DNA of 63,069 nucleotides, filler included, from Reticulomyxa filosa (Eukaryota > Protista > Foraminifera), in NCBI GenBank assembly GCA_000512085.1. It is 20 parts of 20 records of this genome, joined end to end, with 100 filler letters (N's around TTAATTAATTAA, not from the genome) between each part and the next. Parts side by side here need not be neighbours in the genome. Positions count along the whole stretch, not along the records: positions 1 to 9,464 come from ASPP01010109.1; positions 9,565 to 16,680 come from ASPP01004214.1; 18 more parts are not named here. One strand, given 5' to 3'. The position numbers were made by a program, and so were the translations under genes. This document shows, one piece after another, positions 1-12,071 of the stretch. A model generated the notes under the pieces. It saw only the letters and a list, made by a program, of their open reading frames with translations. It was not told the DNA's origin and did no database searches. Numbering within the stretch: the first letter of the stretch is position 1; the number at the start of each line of letters is the position of its first letter.

Positions 1-145
1 AATTAGCACCTTGAATGCGGAAAAGTCATCAGTTTCAAAAAAAAAAAAGAAAAGGATTAATTTTTTTTTTTTAATACGTATACGTTGATTAAAAAAAAAA
101 CTATCCTCACTACTCACTGCTGACACGGACGGGGGGGGGGGGGGT

Positions 146-2289
146 GTGTGTGTGATGGGGAAAAAAAAAAAGCTTATTGAAAAGCTATCAAACTATCGTG
201 CGTCAATAGCAGAAGCATATTTATTGGATGGACTAAAAGAAGACACAAATGGCAATGAAACCAAAGGTAATAAGAAGAAGAAGAAAAAAGCGAACGCATT
301 GAAGGTGCCACATGACAATGACAGAGACCAGAATGAGCCAGTCGAAGTCGAAACCGAAGCAGAAGACAATGTCGAAGTGGATGGCAATGGCGATGCAGAC
401 ACGAAAGCGATAATCGAAGGGTTGAAAGAAGCAATAATGGACCTGCAGCAGCAGCTAGCGAATGAGCGCCGGTACAATATGAGGCTTGACTTGGCTCATC
501 AGACCAGTGTTCGCGAATCGAAGATGCTGCAGCAAGAGCTGAACAAACGTTCGACACATCAGATGTCGATCGACACCGGCGCAAGTAGTCTCGCCGAACA
601 CAAGCCCGTCAGTGTGGACTTGGACATGGAACGCGAGATCGATGAAGGCATTCGAGACATTACCATTGCAAAGTATGTCGCCATTCACAACCACAACCAT
701 GGCCATGACCATAACCATCATGATCCGCATGGACAGGGAACATTGACTCATCGAAACCATTCCTCCCATGGAAACAACCACTCCTCGCTTTTTGACCATC
801 ACACCGCGGATCACAACAGACTCAATCCCAACGCCGTGCGTCCCGGCGCAAAACGAAGAAATGAAGTGAAGTGGTATATATGTCTGCCTCATATATGTCT
901 TTTATAGTAAGGACCTTTTGAAAAAGGGAAGGGAGAGGAGGGGGAGAGAAATTTTTTATGCATATATCAAAGAGAAAACTTTTAAAACATGCCCTTATGG
1001 AGAGGATGAAAAAAAAAGGGGGACATGACACACATACCCCCCCCCCTTTTTTTTGTAGTAATCCATTTTTTTTTTTTTTTTTTAATTGAAAGAGTGGAGA
1101 GAAGAGATTGCAATTGGTGTACATAAACATCAAATGTAAATGTTCGGGGAAAAAAAAAAAACAAAACTCTGTGTGTACAATGATGAAAATAATTTCAATA
1201 AGAACCAATCAATCGTGAGCAGCGAGGCCGAGGAGCTAACAGTAAACCAAGAGAACCGGTACAGCAGCAAGCAGCCCAGAATTCGCAAGATTGGTGTTGG
1301 CGACGACGGGTTTGAAGAATATGACATCGACTTTAGCGATGCGCACACGATGTCCGACCACGGGCAAAGGCACCGAGACGAAGAAGAAGAAGAAGAAGAA
1401 GAAGAAGAGAATGAAAATGAAAATGAAGAAGACGAGGATGCGAAAAAACGCGGAGATGAAGAGGAATATGACGTGGTGGAAAAGAAAGAGAACCCTCACA
1501 CGCAAAAACTCAGACATCAATTGTTGGAAGAACAACTGCGAGTGGAAGAGCTGAAACACGAACGCAGGAAGTCAGTGTTGGAAGTGGAAGCCTACCAACA
1601 GGAATTATTCAAAATCAAAAAAATGACGCTTCAACAGTTTGCCTCGTATAAGGCACAAAATATACAATTATTTGGCAATGTCTCCAACACTCCCAATTTG
1701 CCAGAGTCTCCTGGTGCTAGTCAGAATATGTATTAGAACCAACTTTGAACGGATTATTTCTTTTTTTTTTTTTTTTGCAGCTTTGATATATTATTTAGGA
1801 AATTGTGCCATTGTCTGTGTGTGTGTGTGTGTATGTGCTTATTGAAATGATGTAGAGTGACTGCATGTGCAAATTGTGAGGAACTACGGCGTTGCACGAA
1901 TGACTTACAACAAAAATTGGAAAAGGCATACGCAGATGTGGATCGTCTCACTCGAGAGAGACGCAATTCCTTGGCGAAAATGAGTGAGAGGACCTTCAAA
2001 CAAATGCTCGACCAAGAAAAAGAGCATTACAATGAAAAAGATCAATTGTATGCGGTCATTCAAGAACTCAACACTCTCAATACAAGGCTCACTGATGAAA
2101 AATGTTTTCTCTTGCAAACTGCTTGTCAAACTATTGATCATCTGCGGTTTGTCATTTTTGTATTATTTTCCTCTCTACTATCTCTCTTGCCATATTTTCA
2201 ATGTCAGTTTGTCATTGATCTGTGACTTTATTTTTCAAAACAGGGAAAATCTCAAACAACTTTCTAACGCAAAACACCAAATTTCGTGA
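146..2289 (+). CDS. Multi-exon coiled-coil protein with His-rich and poly-Glu tracts, 5' partial, function unknown
   Basis: Three GC-richer coding blocks (~210-873, ~1200-1729, ~1856-2146) and a short last exon after ...aaacag (2244-2289, stop TGA). They are separated by GT-AG homopolymer introns. Heptad-like segments such as LKEAIMDLQQQLANE and LEEQLRVEELKHE. Confidence 0.6.
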
Positions 2290-3010
2290 CGTCTAATATT
2301 TATTTATTTTTATTTTTATTTTTTTGTTTCTTTGCTTGTTTCTCCATCGCGTTTTGATTGGAGATCGTTTTTCTCTCACCTTTTCCAAAACTTTTTAGTT
2401 TTATTGTTTTGTTGATGTGCTGGCGATAACACTTATAGGAATTGGTGTTCTTTTTGTTTGAATTTTTTTTTTCCACTTTCAAAACGATTGACTTTTTGTC
2501 TTGCTTTGTTGGGTTTTTTTTGGTCATTTGATTTTTTTCCCCCTTGATTTTGATTTGTAAAGATCGTTTGCGTGCTTGTGGATTATTGTTTTTGGCAAAT
2601 GGTCGAGCGGTCATTTTTTTAGGAGGTGATTGCCTTCAATGTAGGTGAGCACAAAGGGAAAACGACAAATTGGACTCTCACGACAGATTTTGTGAATTTG
2701 ATAAAAAAACCGCAAATTGTGTGGCTAATCTTTGAGTGCACTCATTTCTGTACATTTTGTTTGCGACCTCATTTTTCAATGATTTGGTTGATTGATTTTG
2801 TTGCTAGTTGAATTTTACAACAACATTTGAACTCTCTTCAGTAGCAACTTTGGACAATGTATATTTACTTTTCATCTTTTGAAAAATTTTTTTTTTTGAC
2901 AAAATATAAGCCAATGTTTTGAGTTGCTTGTGAGGAACATAGCCTCAAAGAAAGATAGTTTTGTGTTCAAAAAAAAAAAGCAGCAACAAAAGAATTGACA
3001 AATTGTTTAT

Positions 3011-3962
3011 CTAATCGGCAAAGACCTTTTCCACTTTGACAATATCTCCTCCACAGACAGGACAGCCGTCACCAGGGCCCCCTCCAACTCCAACATTTTT
3101 GGAACAACTTTCACATACACAAACGTGCATACAATCATAAACAACATATTCTTTTGGGCCTTTTCCACACGCTACACATTTGCGACCACCACCATCTTCA
3201 GGGTTTTTCTATGTCCAACATCAGTACATCACAAAAGTTGTTTTTTTTCCCTATGCGCTCTTGGACCCCTTTTTTTTTTATAGATAATCTCCTTTTATAA
3301 AAAAAAACGAAACTCGATAGTCTTCAAGATCTTCAGATCTCATTTCTAAATTGCTGAGGGCTTGTTCTTGCTCTTCATCATTAATGGAATGGACTTTACG
3401 ATAGGCTTCCAAAGCCAAATTTTCCTGGTCTGTTATTATTTCGTCGGCGATAACTCCACGGAGAAATTCAGTGTATTTCTCCACTTTTTTCACAGACTGT
3501 CTCTCTTTTAGTTCTTGCTCCAATTGCTCTTGTTTCCTTTTCTCTTGTTCCAATTCACGCCGAAGTCGTTTCAATTCATCAATCAACTTCAATTTTTCCG
3601 GAGCTACTTCCACATCTTTTTTCAATTCTTCCTTTCTTTTTTCATATCGCTTGCGACGACTCTTTTGTTTCGTTTTTTGAAGAATAAAAAACAAATTATA
3701 CTTTGCATCGAAATTCAGTTGCTATTGTTTGTCGAGAGACAAATAACAAAGAGTTTAAAACTGTTGGATCTTGAAGGATGTAATCGGTCACAAGTTCGAG
3801 CTCGTGTGTGTTGCAAACTAAAGCAGCTTCCAATGTATCAGCTGTCGAAAATCCTAACTCTGACGCTTGTTGCAACAGCTTCTGATATTGCATTAAATCC
3901 AGAGGATCACCATGGTTCAGATCCTCTTCTAGCTGTTTTAGGGAAACATCTTGTGTCGTCAT
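3011..3962 (-). CDS. RING-HC E3 ligase-like protein (UBA-like, coiled coil, helical domain, C-terminal RING)
   Basis: Exons 3962-3702, 3661-3314 and 3208-3011 splice in frame. The last exon is absent from the ORF track and encodes KCVACGKGPKEYVVYDCMHVCVCESC...GCPVCGGDIVKVEKVFAD*, a C3HC4 terminal RING of IAP/MDM2 type. N-terminal ELGFS...ALEAAL...LELVTDYIL is UBA-like. Confidence 0.8.
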
Positions 3963-4538
3963 GATGCTTTATGTTGTCTTCTAAGGGGGGCAGAATGCAA
4001 CAAAAAAGTTTTATAAAGTTTTTTTTTGTGCTAACTTTTTTTTAACCAAAAAACAATCATTTAAAAAATAGGTTTATTTATTTTCAAAAAAATAAAAGAT
4101 TTCCAGTTCATAGTAGTATTGAAAGACAAATATTTGCTTCATGAGAGACGTTAGACGACAACCAGGAAAAAAAAAAGGGAAAAGATCAAAAAAAGGGGTT
4201 GGTAATAAAACCAAAAAAATCTTTAAAAAAAGTTCCTTTTCTTTCAACCGAAAAGTACAAGTTACTTTCCTGCGATAAAAGTTGATGCAAAACAACTCAA
4301 GAAAGAAGGCGAAACACAAAGGACTTGAAAAAAAAAATCAGCCAGAGAAACTTGTGGCTAGGTGTAAATCACTTCTCTAAAAGAATAAAACAGTGTTATT
4401 GTGTGCTTATTATGTTTACTAATAACAATTGCAACAACGTAATTTGCCATGGCCTGGCAATCGGGTGCTGTGGGTTTTTGTTATTGCACATCATTTTTTT
4501 TGTTGAGTTTAAACAAAACAAAAAAAATTACCAGTTTT

Positions 4539-4751
4539 TTAATTCACTGAGGCCTTCCAAACGTTATAATTGAGGAGTTTTTCGATCAAGTCGACGTGTG
4601 TCAATAACATTCGCCTACAACAAAATCTGGTCAATCCTAAAGCGTCCAACGCATGCTTGGCGTTGTATCCTGCTTGCTGAAGCTTCAAATATTTTTCCCA
4701 TTTGTTTCCAACCACTTTGCCACATGTAAAACATCTCACAGGAATCAACAT
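4539..4751 (-). CDS. RPB10: DNA-directed RNA polymerases I/II/III subunit RPB10 (RPABC5)
   Basis: 70 aa, [18 protein letters not shown]...[26 protein letters not shown]: canonical CxxC...CC zinc motif. Confidence 0.98.
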   Translation of the reverse strand: MLIPVRCFTCGKVVGNKWEKYLKLQQAGYNAKHALDALGLTRFCCRRMLLTHVDLIEKLLNYNVWKASVN

Positions 4752-6919
4752 TTCTTTTTGAGAGCAGCGAAAAAAGTATGGAAGTGATTGATATATGTAT
4801 ATGAATACTTTTGATTTGCTGAGCTTTTTCTGCGCCCCTACTGTTGTGATGTAGAGTAGTTTATCAAGACAATAATGTTTTATAAGCCAATCGCTTACTT
4901 TTTTTCTTTTTTTTCGAGTTAAGACATAGCACGCACAAAATATATTAATTGACCCAGCGATTTACACAAAGAGAAAAATTATTTATCATGATGTAATGTA
5001 GTGTTTTTGAAATTATTTAGTTCAATATTTTCAACTTATTTGAAATGATTAACAATTTTCTTGAATCTTCATAATTGATATTTTCTTTAACAGTAAGTTA
5101 TCTGTTTGATCTTGTACATATAATGGCTTCTTATGTTTTACCACAATATGAGCAACAAGTTAAATTTTGACGTTTGTGCGTTTTAGATATTCTTGCACTT
5201 TGTTCACTTTCAGTCTCATTTTTGCAATCGCTTTTTTCATATAATTTGGAGCTTGGCTTTTCGTCCTTTTTTCAAAGAAATATAATTATTTATGTTTGTT
5301 TCACTTGGTCTTTTAAATGAATTTTGGATAGATTTTATTGCTTTGTTTAATTTCTATTGTATTGATTGCTGTTGCTTGCAGAAAACAAATTGCAATTTCC
5401 CATTTTCTTTTGTTGACTCACTTATTCAATTGAATTGTAATGTATGTGAATTACTGAATGAGCTTTTGACGACGATATAAAGATTTAATATTATGTCATT
5501 CACTTTCCAGTTATATACACTTTAACAATACTTATTTCTTTTTGTAATCATTGTCATAACTATAACATTATATTTTTGCACACTATTACAGCATTTATCT
5601 CTTTAGCAATTTTTTCCATTAACTTAGCATAATCTTGGTCAATGCAAATTAAAAACTTATTTTTAGTTATTGAAAAGGAGACATAATGTATAAGTAATTT
5701 TGATATTACTGTTATATCTGAATTACGCTAAAAAAAACAAGTGGATTTCCTTTTTATTGACAATTTGGATAAAATTTTTTTTTAGCAGCGAAAATAGTTG
5801 AATTGTCTAGTTAAATATAAAACAAATAAATTCATTCATGGATAACTTAACACAATTTTAATAATAGCTTAATATTTTATTGAGATTTTGAAAGCTGTTA
5901 GAACTTGCGTCAATTGGATTGCGTTTGTTGGACTATTTTATGTTTGGAGAAGCTTCATTGAACTAGAGATTGATTACCAGATTGTGTTGCACTAGAAGTA
6001 CATCGTGTACAAATAGCAATCTCATTGTCCTTTTGCATTGATATACTTAATTCTATGTGAATTTCTGATCGAAGTTTTTATTTTTGAAATTTCGGTGAAA
6101 AAAGCTTGTTGTGGTACAAAGTTAGACCGCAATTAATTTTGAATGTGTTATGACTATGACTGAAAATTGACTTATAATGAAATTGTATTAAAAATTATAA
6201 AAATCCAAAAATCTATTTGATTAGTCTAAATGTTTATCTTCCAAAAATGCAACTTTGTTGGATTATGTGATGTTTAGCATTGGAGTATTGTAATGAATGA
6301 TGAGTCAATGAATAATGGTCTTACTTGTTAATAAATAGAAAATTGTTAATGTCCTTGGACTGTTGCATGTTTCTATTTTACTTGTAATATATATTTTGTG
6401 TTTGTTCTTTCTGCAAATCGTTCGAATAAGTTATACAACTAGTCGTAGTTTATATATCTTCATTTATGTTGCAATTGTAATCATTGTCCTTACAAATCAA
6501 TTGTGGTCTTCTTCAGATGTTATCTGCATCTAGCGATTATACACTTGACGTTCAAGTTCAAATAGTTTAGTGTTGTTTACCAGCATGTTCCGCTGTGCTA
6601 GGCTGTAAAGAGCCCATCGACATTGCCACTTGCACCAGATAATACAAGCATCATTGCCACTCTTCGTGCATGTTGTGTAGTAATGAGCTAGTATTATTGA
6701 TTAAAGAGTTTTTTTTCAACAGCTTACTACGTGAGAAAAAGTTCTGCATTTAAAATTATCACATATAATTTCTAAACTTATTTTTAGCAATTAAAAATAT
6801 GAGTAGTGGCAGTAAAAATTAAGAATATTTCAACCAAAGTTTGCACCACAAAGATTTGAAAAATCGCCAGTCTAAAAAAACTTTCCGTTTTCCCTTTTTC
6901 TTAATCATAAGCCCGAGAG

Positions 6920-7560
6920 ATGAGATCTCTATCACGTGCCACAACAGTAAACTTTAGTTTTTATCAAAGACTTGCGCAAATCCAATCAGGTTAGGAAAAA
7001 TCAAACACAGTTGAAAGAGAATGCTTGACAGTGCAAAAAGAGAACAAAAAAATTTTTGTTAGTGCAAAAGCTGAAACGAAAGCGATAAGAACGGCATAAA
7101 AATAAAAAATAAAAAATAAAAAAAGCGAGAAATGAAAGCGAGCAAAGAGGAAAACTGGAGGATAGACGTGACAATTTGCTAAGAGCAGGTGCAGCAGTAG
7201 CAGCAAGCGGTACATTGGCATCGCCAGCAGCGACGATAACAGCGACAAAGGCCGGTTATGTATTGTCTCCACTGGCAACGACAGTGCTCTGCAACGCGCC
7301 ATTGCTCGCCTTTGCGTTAGTGCAAATGAGCGGCATATCACCAATTCAGCACATATTACGAGAAAAGCAAACACTGAATTATAGTCCGTTTCCATTTGTT
7401 TCTCTGATCACTAATTGTTCACTATGGACTTTGTATGGGCAACTTGCCAACGACAACACCATTTTTTACGCCAACATGGCTGGTACGCTTTTATTAACTT
7501 TCATTAAGCATTTGTCTCTCAATAACTTTATTTTTTTTTTTGGTGGGAAATAGGATGGAT

Positions 7561-7591
<31 letters not shown>

Positions 7592-8052
7592 GGTGTTGTG
7601 GCAGGATTGACGTATACGTCAATTTTTCATAAGTATACCTCGATGAATATGACCCCATATTACCTTGGGTCATTTGGTATCCTGTCGCTTTTGTTTGGAA
7701 CAAGCTATGGGATGCTGCATGGTTTAGTGGAAGGGGACGCGACAGCGAAGGTGCTGACGGTGCTCGGAAGCGTGGGCGCCGGAAGCGCGGTGGTGTTGAT
7801 GGCGAGCCCTTTGGGACGGTTCAACAGGTGGTGAAAGACAAATGCACAGAGTCGATGCCCTTTGCCATTAGTCTGGCCATGACTTTGAATGGCTTTTCTT
7901 GGTTTGGCTATGGCTGGATGGTCACAGGGGACCCCTTTGTCTACGTCCCCAATGCCTTGGGCTTCTTGTCTGGAGTGGTGCAGCTGTCTTTGTTTGCCAT
8001 TTATCCAAACAAACGAATACCCCCACCATTGCCAAACACGCCCAAGGCATAG
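6920..8052 (+). CDS. SWEET (MtN3/saliva) sugar transporter, with a 1-nt frameshift near 7814
   Basis: Exons 6920-6989, 7189-7482, ~7606-8052. Two MtN3 repeats: SPIQHILREKQTLNYSPFPFVSLITNCSLWTLYG and ASPL..VVKDKCTESMPFAISLAMTLNGFSWFGYG...DPFVYVPNALG. Confidence 0.88.
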
Positions 8053-8445
8053 CACTAATTCAGGCTAAAAAAAGAAAGAGAGAAACTGGCCAAGCAAATA
8101 TGTTGATGTAAAAAAAATTGATCAGAAAAAAATGGCAAATAACAATGTTTATTCTCATTTGTATTTTTTTTTTTTTTAAATGTGCTATTTTTTTTTTTCT
8201 GATCAAAGATCATTTAAAAGTGAAGCTTTTTGATCAATAAACAAATTTTAATTTCCTTGTCCAAACTCTTCAAAAAAAGAAATATTAGCAAAGCCTGAAA
8301 ATATTGTCAAATTATTAAATAATGATTTTATGACAACTGACTCTCTTTTTTAAGTTACTGGTTGCAAGTTTGAAGGGAGAGAAAAATAGTCACGACAAAT
8401 AATAAAATTTTAAAAGAAGTAAAAAAATAAAAAAATAAAAATAAA

Positions 8446-9390
8446 TCACTCGTATATCGCACGCAAAGAAGGATCATCCAATCCGAGAAGGTCTTGATTG
8501 GACCAGGTTCGGTCGACAAAGTGAGGGAAAAAGTGGCTTTGTTGAATATTAGTGCCCGGGACCTCTTTCCACAAAACTCGTAGTTCGTGAAGGAGGGCGA
8601 GTTTCTTTTGCGTGGGGAGAAAGGAATTGCGGACGGCTTCGAACATAATCTGCGCAACTTCAAAGCTTGTCAAGTGACAATACTCCATCATGACCTGCAA
8701 CTCGGACTGATACGAGATATCAAAAAGGACAGGGAAATCAGTGGAAAACGAAAAGTTGGCCCCGTTTAAGACGAGCCAAGTGACAAACTCTTTCGCAAAA
8801 AGTTTGGAATGAGTGAACATTGGTTGTTGGTCATTGTCTTGTGATGGGAGCGAATAGAACTGAAATTGTCGCAAATTGGAAGTGAAGCAAATTTCCAAGT
8901 GCGTCTGTCGACCAAAGAGTCGATGTAAGATATGCTTTGGCATTTTGCAGCCAACAGGACAGGAAATGCGCTGTGGCAACAATCCATGGATTGAATGATG
9001 AAAACCAATGCCCCTTTCATTGAACGAGTCTCCGCAATGGACGCTTTTTTTTAGCTGCAAATGTTTAGTCTTTGAAACGAATGCAGCGACATGATGTCGA
9101 GAATGCCACAGCAACTCATCGCATCCGAACAAGTCAATCCCAACCACGCCTCCACAAAATCCTTTGTCTTTCACCAACAAGCCCTCTTCGCGATAGTCAA
9201 ATGCCAAGCGCGCACTGTCCGTGGACAAGTCCGGACGATGACGAATGCATTGGATAATCGGTCGCACCATCACTCCAAAGTCCCTCTCGCCTCGAGTTAT
9301 CCCTTTCAGCACACACTCCAACACTTGCTCCGGAGTCACTCCATTATGGCCTTGTCTTATCAATGGATATTCTTTCATTGTTTCCTCCTT
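8446..9390 (-). CDS. Adenosine deaminase family protein, 5' partial, degenerate active site
   Basis: GERDFGVMVRPIIQCIRH, GVVGIDLFG, SVHCGD (cf. VHAGE), LEICFTSN (cf. LEICPTSN), FSTDFP (cf. NTDDP), AVRNSFLP. Confidence 0.85.
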   Translation of the reverse strand, partial: KEETMKEYPLIRQGHNGVTPEQVLECVLKGITRGERDFGVMVRPIIQCIRHRPDLSTDSARLAFDYREEGLLVKDKGFCGGVVGIDLFGCDELLWHSRHHVAAFVSKTKHLQLKKSVHCGDSFNERGIGFHHSIHGLLPQRISCPVGCKMPKHILHRLFGRQTHLEICFTSNLRQFQFYSLPSQDNDQQPMFTHSKLFAKEFVTWLVLNGANFSFSTDFPVLFDISYQSELQVMMEYCHLTSFEVAQIMFEAVRNSFLPTQKKLALLHELRVLWKEVPGTNIQQSHFFPHFVDRTWSNQDLLGLDDPSLRAIYE

Positions 9391-9464
9391 CATTTTTTAT
9401 ATTTATACAATTCATATACATATACATATATACATATATATACATATATATACATATATATACA

Positions 9465-9564
9465 NNNNNNNNNNNNNNNNNNNNNNNNNNNNNNNNNNNN
9501 NNNNNNNNTTAATTAATTAANNNNNNNNNNNNNNNNNNNNNNNNNNNNNNNNNNNNNNNNNNNN
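9465..9564. other. Artificial contig-joining spacer (first of 19)
   Basis: N44-TTAATTAATTAA-N44, which gives stops in all six frames. Identical copies at 16681-16780, 26600-26699, 28931-29030, 31402-31501, 34165-34264, 36186-36285, 38012-38111, 39112-39211, 41740-41839, 45450-45549, 49053-49152, 50822-50921, 54686-54785, 56005-56104, 57476-57575, 58816-58915, 60727-60826, 61833-61932. Confidence 0.99.
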
Positions 9565-9596
<32 letters not shown>

Positions 9597-9625
9597 GCTC
9601 TATTCTTTTTACCTCCAACTCTTAG

Positions 9626-9928
9626 CCGCAAGATGACTCGGATGTCTGGGATGTACTTAGCTATGATACCAACAATTTGTCTGTCGTCCCTCCGCAATCT
9701 GAAAAAGAGACAGGCCATCAAGTAAACGAACCAACTCGTGAGATAATATCGGAAGAACGTAAAGTCATCTATGATGACAATACCGTGGAGGAACAAGTTC
9801 AAATCTTTGAAAAGGAAAGTAACAAAGAGGATATCAAATTGACAAATTCTGATATTTTTGCTTGGACATTCATTGTACTTTTTGCTTCTATTACGTTGTA
9901 TTTTGCCTTATATCGTGACCAATCATAA
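9626..9928 (+). CDS. Last exon of a tail-anchored membrane protein
   Basis: Frame is open from the acceptor ttag|9626. Acidic region, then hydrophobic IFAWTFIVLFASITLYFALY directly before the stop (RDQS*). Confidence 0.6.
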   Translation, partial: PQDDSDVWDVLSYDTNNLSVVPPQSEKETGHQVNEPTREIISEERKVIYDDNTVEEQVQIFEKESNKEDIKLTNSDIFAWTFIVLFASITLYFALYRDQS

Positions 9929-10623
9929 CTAATCTTTTATCGATACTTTCAAATGTAAACAATGTCACGTGTAAGTCTGTTTGTTTGCTTTCTTCTTTTT
10001 CAGTGTCTTTAGGACAAAGCTGTCCCTTTGTCACTGGTTTCAATGTGTAAGTACGTATCATTGTAAGCTGTCTTGATCAAGAGCTATGTTTTCGAGGTAA
10101 ACGTTCTGAATTCTGATGTGTTCGTTAATACTGGACACAATCCACTTAGTTTTGCAAAAAAAAAAATAAAATAATAATAATAAATTTTTTTAGCATACTG
10201 TTTAATTTTTCTGCATCTTCTGTGTTTCACTTGAGAAAAGTATCAAGATTGGAGTAATCACTATTTTCATTATCTCGTCATTTGTTTTTCAACTTTCCAA
10301 ACGACAATAACATTTCTTTTTTTTCTTAAAAGATTCTTATTCCCCAATGATAGTAAGATTTCAAACTGCTAATGAACTCTCCTCTTATTGCTGAAAAGAG
10401 AAACATCGATAAATTTTTGTAAAGTATTTTTTGATCAAGTTTCAACATTGAGTATATCTCACAAATATGATTTTGTTTTTGTTTTGTCTTTCTGTCAATT
10501 TATAAAACTTTTAAAAGAATTAGTACTTGTTGTTGCAAAATCTGAAAAAGCAAGAAGAAACGAAAAACAATGAAAATCCAGTGAAGCAAAAATAAAGCAT
10601 AATAATAATAAAAAAAATGGCAA

Positions 10624-12071
10624 TCACTCTAAAGATTGATAATGAGAACTCGGTGGTATAGAATCTACCTTTGACGAAGAAATACTTTTCTTACTGAAAG
10701 GCTCTTCATCTTGAAGAGTGGCATCGTTCCGTTTGGAAACAGCGATTTGTTGCTGTTGTTGTTTTTGTGTTTGACCATTTTGAAGTTTGTGTTTTCGATC
10801 ACTGTAAATGACAAAATACAGTCCAATGATGATTCCAATCGCCCCCAGATCCTGGTAGCTGGCGCCATACAAGCAAGACGAATCACTGTCATCGCTCCCA
10901 TGGCATTTATTGACCCAATGGAAGCTCAGGATGATTTCACTTACAACCGCAGCCGTAAAAGGTTGCAAGACAGTATATGCCAAGTTGACAGAAGGGTCTG
11001 CAAACTTGTTTGCCCAAGTCATCAGCAAATAACTGCATAACGACTGCATAATCACCCAATACAGCAACGCGTACACCGTTATGGTCGGAACTGTCCACCA
11101 ATTTTCGCAATCGTTGCATAGCCATTTCAAAACACTATGAGGTTGTTAGTTGGTCAACCAATCAAAAACGATTTTTTTTTTCGTATTACACATAAACATG
11201 AACAGAAATAAATTTACACATGTACATGTATATACCACATATGTAAATTTAAACTCAACTCATTACTTGAAGCAACAATAGTTGCGGTGACAATCATAAC
11301 ACATGTTGCGACAATGTACGAGTACCCGGTGACAGTGCTGCTCCCATAATATAGGAGACATCTCCTCCCCAAGATCAAATATAAAGCGGTGCCGGTGCAA
11401 TTGAGAAAAAAGCAAATACTCCCACCAAACTCTTGCCAGACGGAATTGCCACCGTTGTCGCTATTGAACAAAATCATGAATAATGCTCCTCCTGTGCCGA
11501 ACAGTATCCCGCATATTTTGAACACGTCCACGTTCTTCTCTGTACGTAAGCATATCCCCAACACCACCGCTATGATCGATTGTGAAGGCTGCCACGCACT
11601 AGCGGTCACACTCGACGACAACTTCAGTCCGACTATGAAAAACAGTTGATTGCAATACAATGCCAGACCTGGACCTATGAACATTTTCCAATGCTCCAAT
11701 TTTGGCACTGTCCGTCTTTTTTATTTATTATATATATATATATATATACATATCAGATATATATTTTAGATACAAATTTTTTGCTTGTTTTTTTTTTTTT
11801 TTTTTGCTTACCCGTCCATAAAATATGCGATTATACATAGCAACGGCCCCGCTATTCCTTCTCTGATGAGTGCGAAAAATACAGGGTTGGTCGAAGGTAA
11901 TCCCAACCTTCCGATGACTGAACCTCCACCAAACGCTATTTGAGCTACTATTATCGCCAAATGGACCTTTAGTAACGATGGAGATTTGGAAGATGGTGGG
12001 TCTGTATTTAGTGAACTTTGAGGGTTGAGAGCATCATGCATTGAGCCTGTAGCCTCTTCTGAACCTGCCAT
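10624..12071 (-). CDS. EamA/DMT (WAT1/nodulin MtN21-like) transporter
   Basis: Exons 12071-11812, 11715-11260 and 11134-10624 splice in frame. About 10 TM helices. Motifs NPVFFALIREGIAGPLL, NQLFFIVGLKLSSSVTASAWQP, YLLMTWANKFADPSVNLAYTVLQP. Confidence 0.9.

Noticed and set aside
174-892. Long antisense ORFs here and at 42043-42646, 44857-45505, 34649-35078
   Set aside because: Shadow frames of GC-richer or low-complexity exons, with no independent domain signal.
5050-6700. Possible decayed ankyrin-like coding relic on the minus strand
   Set aside because: Only short, stop-riddled fragments. No motif could be assigned with confidence.
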